IMG/VR virus record: IMGVR_UViG_3300044843_000038
Span: 1 to 37,240 of that record
Direction: 5' to 3' (one strand)
Length of the DNA: 37,240 bases
Source: a virus
Lineage: Duplodnaviria; Caudoviricetes
Of the stretch, positions 8,507 through 15,031 are shown piece after piece. The notes beneath the pieces are model-generated. The model was not told the DNA's origin, did no database searches, and was given only the letters and a program-made list of their open reading frames with translations. Positions within the stretch are counted from its first letter, which is position 1. Each line of letters starts with the position of its first letter. The position numbers and the translations under genes are program-made.

Positions 8507-8533
8507 AAAAAAAAGCCTGGCATCGCGCCAGGC
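8507..8533 (-). terminator. Rho-independent terminator
   Basis: GCCTGGC-GCGAT-GCCAGGC perfect 7-bp stem followed by T8 on the minus strand. Confidence 0.88.
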
Positions 8534-8551
8534 AAACACAGGAGGAGTTCC
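8507..8551 (-). ncRNA. Putative ~45-nt anti-Shine-Dalgarno sRNA / late leader
   Basis: GGAACUCCUCCUGUGUUU plus terminator; 8535..8545 is the exact reverse complement of 11206..11216. Confidence 0.55.
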
Positions 8552-8557
8552 ATCGTT

Positions 8558-8586
8558 AGTTTACTCCCCCGTTAGAAAGTTGAGAA
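8558..8586 (-). promoter_or_regulatory. Putative sigma70 promoter
   Basis: TTCTCA-N17-TAAACT on the minus strand. Confidence 0.5.
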
Positions 8587-8743
8587 GCTCCTCGGCTTGT
8601 AGTCGAAGATCGATGCTTGCTTTGTGTAGTTCTACGCTCATGTTGACTAAAGCCAAGACTCGTGATTCTAGCTCACTGGAATCCATCGCGTCTTGAATAA
8701 CGTCTTGAGCAAGTGCTTTGGCTGCTGCTTCATTTAGATTCAT
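8561..8743 (-). CDS. Hypothetical helical protein (60 aa)
   Basis: Tight packing in operon; ATG at 8743. Confidence 0.7.
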   Translation of the reverse strand: MNLNEAAAKALAQDVIQDAMDSSELESRVLALVNMSVELHKASIDLRLQAEELLNFLTGE

Positions 8744-8942
8744 TACTGATCCTTTGTATCTCACGGTTGATATACCAGACTGCCTTCTTCAAATCCTCGA
8801 CCTGGTTTCCCTTGAGGTCAGCCCTCCAGATGTATTTCACTGCGTTGCCGAGGTTAAATCCCATGTGCTCCGTGATCTGGATGCACTCAACACCCGAAGG
8901 ATGCTTGGTGTAGTGTCTCGGATGGTTGACGTTGTCGCTCAC
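8730..8942 (-). CDS. DUF3310 family protein
   Basis: DNVNHPRHY...ECI...GNAVKYIWRA..K...EDLKKAVWY. Confidence 0.92.
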   Translation of the reverse strand: MSDNVNHPRHYTKHPSGVECIQITEHMGFNLGNAVKYIWRADLKGNQVEDLKKAVWYINREIQRISNESK

Positions 8943-9121
8943 AGCAACTCCTTTATGTGCTCAGGAACCTTTGGTAGCGGAGCCCAGGCAACCGCCCAAT
9001 CCGACCAATGCCCGATCACACAGACCCCTCCAGGGTTCAGCAAAAGCATCTTAGTTCCCAGTGGAGGTGTTTTGTCACTCGGTGTCATCCAGTGGGTATG
9101 CCCTGAAACGTAGTCTTTCAT
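8939..9121 (-). CDS. DUF551-like small protein
   Basis: W...DKTPP.G...AVAWAPLPKVP; ATGA-coupled start at 9121. Confidence 0.7.
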   Translation of the reverse strand: MKDYVSGHTHWMTPSDKTPPLGTKMLLLNPGGVCVIGHWSDWAVAWAPLPKVPEHIKELL

Positions 9122-9432
9122 TGCTTCCTCCGGTAATACCAGGCCCAAGCACCATGCCTTCCCTCTGTCCACCTATACCGAGATTCTCTCTCTATCAATC
9201 CCTTTGACATCAAGACCTTTAGATGCTTCCTTGCTCCCTCTGTTGTGCATCCAAAGTGCTCTGATAGCTCGATGAGCGAGTAAGGTTGAGTAAGATGGGC
9301 GAGATAGATCTTCTCGGTCTTTGTCAGCGGTTTATGTTTACGGAGAATCTGTTTCACCAACCACTTGACTTGATCGGTGTGGTGAACGATTCCGAGGTTG
9401 TGCGCCATCCGTTGGATTTCAGCTCCGTTCAT
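9118..9432 (-). CDS. Winged helix-turn-helix protein
   Basis: SLIELSEHFGCTTEGARKHLKVLMSKGLIER. Confidence 0.75.
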   Translation of the reverse strand: MNGAEIQRMAHNLGIVHHTDQVKWLVKQILRKHKPLTKTEKIYLAHLTQPYSLIELSEHFGCTTEGARKHLKVLMSKGLIERESRYRWTEGRHGAWAWYYRRKQ

Positions 9433-9680
9433 TGCTCACTCCTTGCTCGGATTGCTTCAGCGCACATCGCTGCAAGCCCCTTTGTGTAATACTTTTGAAA
9501 AACTTCTTGTCGCTCTTCACACACCTTCGCACACGCCTCACGCTCTGCTGCTGCTACAAGTGCAGCGAAAGCCATTAATCGTTGAGGACTCGCGTACATC
9601 TTGAAACCTTGCCGCGCTGGTGCTGGGCCTTTAATACCGGCATCGTTCGCCATCTTGATAATGTCTTCTCTATCCACCAT
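9429..9680 (-). CDS. Hypothetical phage protein (AEREACAKVCE family)
   Basis: FAALVAAAEREACAKVCE...CAEAIRAR motif common in proteobacterial phages. Confidence 0.8.
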   Translation of the reverse strand: MVDREDIIKMANDAGIKGPAPARQGFKMYASPQRLMAFAALVAAAEREACAKVCEERQEVFQKYYTKGLAAMCAEAIRARSEQ

Positions 9681-10062
9681 TCTTATCCTTTAATTTGGCT
9701 TCAATGGCTTGGGCAAATCCCCATCGATCAAACCACTCTGAATTACTTGCATCAAACTTTTCGGACAGATAACCTAAATCTTGTATCTCCTCATCCGTCA
9801 GCCCAACCCATTCACGCTTTGGTGGTGAAGCGTAAAGCGGCGTTACCCCAGGATCATCAAATACAGGGCCGTACTCAATCTGCTCACATTCACCGTCTTC
9901 ATTGACAAACATCCACGCCACTGGCTCTTGCTCTGTCTCCAGTGCTTGGCGTAAAACGGCAATGGCTTCGATGTAGTAATTTTTATCGCCTGTTTCCATC
10001 AGCATATCTGCGCTTGCATCCTCTAGCACTTCTATCGCTTCTTCAATAGCTTCTCTGCTCAT
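9670..10062 (-). CDS. Hypothetical phage protein (EPVAW...REWVGLT...EAKLK family)
   Basis: Motif pattern; overlap-coupled to neighbours. Confidence 0.8.
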   Translation of the reverse strand: MSREAIEEAIEVLEDASADMLMETGDKNYYIEAIAVLRQALETEQEPVAWMFVNEDGECEQIEYGPVFDDPGVTPLYASPPKREWVGLTDEEIQDLGYLSEKFDASNSEWFDRWGFAQAIEAKLKDKNGG

Positions 10063-10364
10063 GTGTTTTTATCCTTTAATTTAGCTTCGACATAGTTGGC
10101 AAACGCTTTGCACCAACCTTCCGGGTCATCGTTCCAATCCTGACTGGCATCGTATTCAGCGTGACAAAAGGCATCGTGAATATCATCGCCAGTAAGCCCG
10201 ACCCATTCACGCGGCGCAGCGTAAAGTTTTGCGCCAACCTCAATCCCACTTGCATCATCCCAGGCAACACAAGGTCTACCGTTTGGTTCAATCCGGTAAA
10301 CGTGAGCCACAGAATCATCTTCAGCCATGCCCTGCAACCTGTCAGTCATCTGTCTTTTCTTCAT
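10059..10364 (-). CDS. Hypothetical protein, paralogous C-terminus to 9670..10062
   Basis: LYAAPREWVGLT...EAKLKDKN. Confidence 0.8.
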   Translation of the reverse strand: MKKRQMTDRLQGMAEDDSVAHVYRIEPNGRPCVAWDDASGIEVGAKLYAAPREWVGLTGDDIHDAFCHAEYDASQDWNDDPEGWCKAFANYVEAKLKDKNT

Positions 10365-10681
10365 GATGCCCTCAGATTGAAAGGGTTGTTGAAATTGATC
10401 TCAAATACTTCCTCGACCGACCCGTTTTGCAGAATCTTCTTCTTCACTTTTGAGTCTGCTGCTAGATAAGAATAAGAGAGCCCCGCTTTCTTGGCAGGCG
10501 AAGATTGCTTCCAGACCATGCCCCTAATGACTTTGCCATCCAAGATGAGAGGCTCTAACGAGTTCTGGATAGACCGCGGGCTGACTTTTAACTTCTCTGC
10601 GAGTTCAATAGTCGTAACCGGTGTTGTTCTTGACTGTAGGTACTTTAGACAAAACTCACCCCTGCTAACCTTTTGTCTCAT
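10361..10681 (-). CDS. Winged helix-turn-helix protein
   Basis: VTTIELAEKLKVSPRSIQNSLEPLILDGKVIR; C-terminal NNPFNL. Confidence 0.75.
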   Translation of the reverse strand: MRQKVSRGEFCLKYLQSRTTPVTTIELAEKLKVSPRSIQNSLEPLILDGKVIRGMVWKQSSPAKKAGLSYSYLAADSKVKKKILQNGSVEEVFEINFNNPFNLRAS

Positions 10682-10842
10682 GCCATATCTCCTGTCATGT
10701 CGATTTCTGTTTCTTGCAAGGTCTTGGTTGCCAACTTCAAATCTTGCAAAAGAATCCGCAACTCTCGGCTGTGGACAATCACATAGTCGTTTTCTTCTGC
10801 CAGCTTGTGTAGCAGTTTGTATGCTCTTTCTTTCTCGTTCAT
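10678..10842 (-). CDS. Hypothetical protein (54 aa)
   Basis: ATGA-coupled at both ends. Confidence 0.7.
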   Translation of the reverse strand: MNEKERAYKLLHKLAEENDYVIVHSRELRILLQDLKLATKTLQETEIDMTGDMA

Positions 10843-11201
10843 GCTGCCCTCAGCTTCTCTGAGATCCTTGCCTTCCAAGAGTTCCAATCCTCTCCTGGCC
10901 TAGCTGGACAATTTACCTTTGCCGCCATCTCGGCAGTACCCTTCTCTGTAGCCCACCACACCACAACCTTCTCTTGTGTAGGTGCGATCTCTAGCTCATC
11001 TTCCCATCTTCCCTGGTTCAGCCAGGTAGCAGGATGCGGAATAAACTCCTGACCTGTTCCCTTCACCTGGTAATACTTGTTATGCGTCACCAGAGCCTCT
11101 ACAGCGGACTTTTGCTCACTAGGCGATAGTTTGTTCCATGCCTTCTGTGCAGCGCGTTTAGCGACCTTTCTTGGGTACTTACTCCAGAACTCTTCAAACA
11201 T
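10839..11201 (-). CDS. Replication-initiator C-terminal-like protein (no N-terminal HTH)
   Basis: FEEFWSKYPRKVAK..A.KAW...FIPHPATWLNQGRWEDE, typical of phage replisome-organiser C-termini; strong AGGAGG RBS. Confidence 0.8.
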   Translation of the reverse strand: MFEEFWSKYPRKVAKRAAQKAWNKLSPSEQKSAVEALVTHNKYYQVKGTGQEFIPHPATWLNQGRWEDELEIAPTQEKVVVWWATEKGTAEMAAKVNCPARPGEDWNSWKARISEKLRAA

Positions 11202-11265
11202 AAAACCTCCTGTGTTGGAGTTTTTACTGTAGACCTTTTTTTAATTGTTGAATGTCGCTGAAATG
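11202..11265 (-). promoter_or_regulatory. AT-rich leader with candidate -10 (TACAGT) and RBS-occluding hairpin
   Basis: AAAAACTCC-AACACA-GGAGGTTTT imperfect inverted repeat covering the RBS; A-tract upstream. Confidence 0.4.
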
Positions 11266-11269
11266 ACAT

Positions 11270-12085
11270 TTAATCCCCACAAAAGCAAGCCATAGCTTCT
11301 TCATCATCGCTAAACATGTCGGTTTGTTGCTCGCTGAACTTGAGCATCTCTGCATATCCTGCGCGATCTTTTCTGAACCTTGCCCCGCTCGGCTTCGATG
11401 CCAACGCCAACGCCTCCATCTTTGCCCACCAGATCGCTCGTTCTGGCTTTTCTTTAATGAGCGTAAATATTTGATTCGCAGGCTTTAGATAGCAAAGATC
11501 ACAATTGCCAGCGAGCGTTCTTCCTTGATAAGTCGGAAGGTTCAGATTAAAAGACTGCTTCGACCAAAATTTATTGACATCGTGAACAGTAATGCCAGCA
11601 GCAACCAACGGAGTGCGAGACCTGTCAATCTTTGCTGCGCGTCTGGCCTCATCCGCTCGTATACCGACCCAATCACTTGTTTCGTTGTGATCCCATTCAA
11701 GTGACTTTAAATACTTGTGAATGGTTCGGATCTTTAGTTCAGAAGTGCAAAATCTAGTCACTGGATTTGGCAAATAGCTGCGCTTAACAATCAAAGCCTC
11801 AAAAGGTTCGCCGTTCCTGCTTGCTGTTGAAAAATTGACTCGTTCAAATGATGGGTCTGCATTGCGATATTCGACCCAATGAATCTCTACGCCCCAGTGT
11901 TTCTCGCAGTCGCGCACAAACTCTAATGTCGCTTCCTCTTCCTTGCCTGTGTTTGCAAAACAAACAATCGCGTCATCAGGTAAACCATTGTTAGATTGCA
12001 AGACTCTCCAAAGCATGTAAGCACTAGTCCTGCCTCCTGAAAAACTAATGCAAGTAGGCTCGGTAATGCGGAAAGGATCAGACAT
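11270..12085 (-). CDS. PAPS-reductase-like (PP-loop) protein, 271 aa
   Basis: CISFSGGRTS, FANTGKE, CTSELKI, GIRADE, NCDLC; start revised to ATG 12085 with GAGG RBS. Confidence 0.88.
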   Translation of the reverse strand: MSDPFRITEPTCISFSGGRTSAYMLWRVLQSNNGLPDDAIVCFANTGKEEEATLEFVRDCEKHWGVEIHWVEYRNADPSFERVNFSTASRNGEPFEALIVKRSYLPNPVTRFCTSELKIRTIHKYLKSLEWDHNETSDWVGIRADEARRAAKIDRSRTPLVAAGITVHDVNKFWSKQSFNLNLPTYQGRTLAGNCDLCYLKPANQIFTLIKEKPERAIWWAKMEALALASKPSGARFRKDRAGYAEMLKFSEQQTDMFSDDEEAMACFCGD

Positions 12086-12097
12086 AGATATGTTCCT

Positions 12098-12315
12098 CGC
12101 AAAGACCCCCCTACCCCCAACGGGAGTAGAGAGAGATGGTTCCTCGGACGTTACCGTCATCTGCATGTGCCTTTCGACACCCCTCGGCTTGCAGATTCGA
12201 CCAGCCGCTGGATTCTTACGGATTTGCACCGGCTCACAAACATCGTGGCTTACCAGTAACCCTCTTCTTGTCAGCAGTCGGGATAACTCATTGCTTACGC
12301 GGACAGTACGGTCAG
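12098..12315 (-). ncRNA. Putative ~220-nt structured RNA
   Basis: GUGUC-GAAA-GGCAC and GACG-GUAA-CGUC GNRA hairpins, AUCUGCA/UGCAGAU helix, AGCCG/CGGCU helix, 3' G:U-rich hairpin. Confidence 0.65.
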
Positions 12316-12326
12316 CGCCAAAAGCA

Positions 12327-12435
12327 AAACCCCAGAACACTTAGGAGGGGCATGGCCCTTGGCATGGGCAATTACGCAGTCTCAGGAAGAAAGACCTTGT
12401 AACCACACAAGCCCCACCTAAACATTCTGGGGTTT
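12327..12435 (-). ncRNA. Cloverleaf RNA resembling P1 C4 / P4 CI antisense RNAs
   Basis: ~25-bp closing stem with three G:U pairs on the minus strand, enclosing three small hairpins whose loops match leader sequences. Confidence 0.7.
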
Positions 12436-12470
12436 ACTTCCTGGCTGCCAGTTGCCACGCTGACAGAACG

Positions 12471-12498
12471 ACTATATCACATCTCTATGACCTTACAA
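12471..12498 (-). promoter_or_regulatory. Sigma70 promoter with extended -10
   Basis: TTGTAA-N16-TATAGT with TG at the extended -10 position, immediately upstream of hairpin 12445..12466. Confidence 0.65.
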
Positions 12499-12827
12499 GT
12501 CCACCCTTCCTTTAGCTTGCCCCAGCCATGAACCTCTATCTTCCAGCCTGCTCTCAAGATAGCCGGAAGATGCTCACACTCGCTTATCTTCTTCACCCTA
12601 GCGTTGATATTGGCCCTGCTCGTTGTCTGCACCAGCAGCGTCTCTTCGTCTCTGAGGCAAAGTATGTCTCCGATACTGAAAAGGTCTTGTCGAATACGAG
12701 CCCAAGGGTTCCAGTGCTCGACTATTTGGCATAAATAACCTCGCTCCCTAAGTAAGGCTAGAGACCTCTGAGTAGGACTAACTGACGAACGGCGTGTTTT
12801 CTTGGTGTCAGTGGCAGAGATTGTCAT
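12477..12827 (-). CDS. PD-(D/E)XK-fold nuclease, Holliday-junction-resolvase-like
   Basis: LRERGY...DLFSIGDILCL...LLVQTT...AGWKIEVHGW. Confidence 0.65.
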   Translation of the reverse strand: MTISATDTKKTRRSSVSPTQRSLALLRERGYLCQIVEHWNPWARIRQDLFSIGDILCLRDEETLLVQTTSRANINARVKKISECEHLPAILRAGWKIEVHGWGKLKEGWTCKVIEM

Positions 12828-12912
12828 CGTGACGACAGTCTTAAAGGTTTTATTCGGTCAATATACACCCATGCAAACGAACTTATTAACCCGCTCTTCA
12901 AAGGAGATTCAA

Positions 12913-13089
12913 ATGAGCGACTTCCAAGTTCTTCCCTTCGATTTCTCAGCAACCACAGTTACTTTCGTGGCTAACAACACAAACGCTAAAGACCGCATTT
13001 GCGGCGGCGTTTCCTGCGAAGTTCGCAAGTCTGCTGCACCAGAGTTTGCAGCAAAACTCGAAGCTGAAGGCTTCACAGTTTCTTACTAA
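12913..13089 (+). CDS. Hypothetical early protein (58 aa)
   Basis: AAGGAG RBS then ATG 12913; first gene of the plus-strand block. Confidence 0.8.
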   Translation: MSDFQVLPFDFSATTVTFVANNTNAKDRICGGVSCEVRKSAAPEFAAKLEAEGFTVSY

Positions 13090-13094
13090 TAACC

Positions 13095-13110
13095 AGGGGC
13101 TCCGGCCCCT
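13095..13110 (+). other. GC-rich intergenic hairpin
   Basis: AGGGGC-TCCG-GCCCCT perfect stem, no U-tract. Confidence 0.65.
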
Positions 13111-13124
13111 ACCAGGAGAGCAAC

Positions 13125-13295
13125 ATGAAGATCACACTTACAGAAACCGAAGTCGCAAAGATCGTAGAAGATTTTTTTGATCTTAAGTACAAAATGAAGA
13201 TCACATCAACTGTGTTTCGCGCGAGCTACTCGTACAGCTCAGTTGATTTCTGCACACTTTCAACAGACGCAGAGGATAAAAAAGATGAACTATGA
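13125..13295 (+). CDS. Hypothetical protein (56 aa, MKITLTETEVAKIV...)
   Basis: AGGAG RBS; manual translation. Confidence 0.78.
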   Translation: MKITLTETEVAKIVEDFFDLKYKMKITSTVFRASYSYSSVDFCTLSTDAEDKKDEL

Positions 13296-13410
13296 CTGGT
13301 GGCTAGATAGACAACTTTGGGAATACGACAGGGAGAGAGAACGTGAGCACCAACAACAGCTGGAACAACAGGAGTTTGAACTTGGAGAAATGGAAACCGA
13401 CGAGGAGTGA
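13285..13410 (+). CDS. Acidic micro-protein (41 aa, MNYDWWLDRQLWEYD...ETDEE)
   Basis: GAGG RBS; overlaps upstream stop. Confidence 0.7.
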   Translation: MNYDWWLDRQLWEYDREREREHQQQLEQQEFELGEMETDEE

Positions 13411-13474
13411 TTGGATCTTATGCACGCTATTGGGAATATTCTACGGAACGCTGCTCTTCCTGTTCATAAAGTAA
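13382..13474 (+). CDS. 30-aa single-TM peptide (MEKWKPTRSDWILCTLLGIFYGTLLFLFIK)
   Basis: AGGAG 7 nt before TTG; hydrophobic stretch; stop abuts the next RBS. Confidence 0.55.
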   Translation: MEKWKPTRSDWILCTLLGIFYGTLLFLFIK

Positions 13475-13485
13475 AGGAGCCAAAC

Positions 13486-14016
13486 ATGAAATTCGCTGAA
13501 CTAAACAAAATCAACGTCAACAGCAAGATCGAGAAGAAAAACAACCTGTCGTATCTATCCTGGGCATGGGCTGTAGAACAACTTTTGCTTAACGATCCCT
13601 CTGCTACGTGGGAGTACAAGCCTCACCAAATATGGAATGAGACGGTCATGGTGTTCTGCGAGGTCAAAGCATTTGGAGTTTCTCGCACTGCACAACTTCC
13701 GGTTATGGACCACAGAAACAAGGCGATCTCTAATCCTGATGCTTTTGCAGTCAATACGGCTATGCAAAGGTGTTTAGCAAAGGCAATAGCTTTACACGGC
13801 ATCGGTTTGTATATCTATGCTGGAGAAGATCTTCCTTCAGAGGAAAAGGTCGATGAGCTTGAGGCCTACAAGGCAAAACTCGAAGCAGCAGAGTCTTTAG
13901 ACGCGCTTAAGGCTGAGTTCTCTCCGGCCTACAAAGCCATGAAAGACAAGCCAGAAATAAAAGAACTCGTCGCTGTTTACGAAGCCAAGAAGAAAGCACT
14001 TACGGAAGTCAAATGA
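13486..14016 (+). CDS. sak: Sak/Rad52-like single-strand annealing protein (DUF1071)
   Basis: LSYLSWAWA, LPVMDHRNKA, AMQRCLAKAIALHGIGLYIYAGEDLP; ATG 13486 with AGGAG. Confidence 0.9.
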   Translation: MKFAELNKINVNSKIEKKNNLSYLSWAWAVEQLLLNDPSATWEYKPHQIWNETVMVFCEVKAFGVSRTAQLPVMDHRNKAISNPDAFAVNTAMQRCLAKAIALHGIGLYIYAGEDLPSEEKVDELEAYKAKLEAAESLDALKAEFSPAYKAMKDKPEIKELVAVYEAKKKALTEVK

Positions 14017-14366
14017 ACCTAGACCGATTTGAAGAGGGTTTGATCGACGACATCCAGACTGACCGCTGCAAGAAACTCTTGTGGTCGGTCATCAACCTGG
14101 CAGTTGAAGATGCTTGCAGGGCTCCGTACAACAAAAATCCAAGCACCGAGTCAATCACCGCCATGAGGTTTTTAATCGGGAACGGCAAGGAAGCTGACGT
14201 TGATTCTTGGCTGATGTGGTTAGACGTAAACGGTCCGGTGTTTAGAAGGAGACTCTTGGAAGCCATGTTCTCGGATCACCACGATAGGTTTCCAGACATG
14301 GCAAGACGAGCGTTCAGAGCAAATTACAACTGGTGGAGACAAAATGCGACTGATTTTAACGACTGA
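14013..14366 (+). CDS. Hypothetical protein
   Basis: ATGA-coupled 117-aa ORF; LLWSVINLAVEDA. Confidence 0.75.
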   Translation: MNLDRFEEGLIDDIQTDRCKKLLWSVINLAVEDACRAPYNKNPSTESITAMRFLIGNGKEADVDSWLMWLDVNGPVFRRRLLEAMFSDHHDRFPDMARRAFRANYNWWRQNATDFND

Positions 14367-14763
14367 GAATGACCGTAGGAAGGCTATAGAGGCTCTACAA
14401 GCCGCTGAATTGGGTTACATGGTAACTATTACCAAACCTCCTCGCACAGCGGCTCAGAATCGGTTTTATTGGGCGATCCTTACTGCGTGTTCTGAACAAC
14501 TTATGAACCAAGAATATACGCAGGACATCTGGCACGAGTGGGCTAAGACTCGATTCTTGCCAACCAGGATCGTAGACCTCCCTGGAGGCCAGGTGAAGGA
14601 GATAGAACCGAGCACCGCTTCTCTCACGGTCTCTGAGTTCTCTGATCTTGTTGAACAACTCCTACAGTACGCATTGGAGAAAGGCTTGATTTGGACTGAT
14701 GAGATGAAAGACGCTGAACTAGACTTGAGGAAGATCAATGTACATAAACAAAAAGCTGCTTGA
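14344..14763 (+). CDS. ninB: NinB/Orf family recombination protein
   Basis: RTAAQNRFYWA and STASLTVSEFSDLVE motifs. Confidence 0.85.
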   Translation: MRLILTTENDRRKAIEALQAAELGYMVTITKPPRTAAQNRFYWAILTACSEQLMNQEYTQDIWHEWAKTRFLPTRIVDLPGGQVKEIEPSTASLTVSEFSDLVEQLLQYALEKGLIWTDEMKDAELDLRKINVHKQKAA

Positions 14764-15031
14764 GGCTTGCAGGCATATTCCCTGCGGGTCTTGTTTTGCA
14801 GAGGATGGGACTGTAGTAGCCGCACACAGGAATCAAGGAAAAGGCATGGGCATCAAGGTATCTGATGCTTTAGTAGCATCCCTATGCTTTCGTTGTCACA
14901 CATACTTAGACCAGGGAAAGGATATGTCTCGTGAAGAACGTCGAGACTTCTGGAACCAGGCTTACATAAACACAATGCAGGCAATGATCGAACGAGGATT
15001 TCTAAAGGTGCAAAATGGAACAAAGAACTGA
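14738..15031 (+). CDS. Zn-finger HNH-like nuclease (DUF1364/YbcO-like)
   Basis: CGSC...VVAAH.N.GKGMGIK..D...LCFRCH. Confidence 0.8.
   Translation: MYINKKLLEACRHIPCGSCFAEDGTVVAAHRNQGKGMGIKVSDALVASLCFRCHTYLDQGKDMSREERRDFWNQAYINTMQAMIERGFLKVQNGTKN

Noticed and set aside
12086-12340. 85-aa N-terminal extension of the PAPS-reductase-like ORF, and plus-strand ORFs 12048..12344 and 12136..12402
   Set aside because: Family motif begins right after ATG 12085, which has an RBS; the region is better explained by RNA structure, although small ORFs cannot be fully excluded
12327-12435. tRNA gene
   Set aside because: Cloverleaf lacks the T-loop GTTCRA, D-loop consensus and CCA end; closing stem is far too long
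12828-12912. Lambda-like CI/Cro switch at the divergence point
   Set aside because: Flanking genes are a nuclease-like protein and a small hypothetical; no repressor HTH or clear operator repeats; promoter matches are weak
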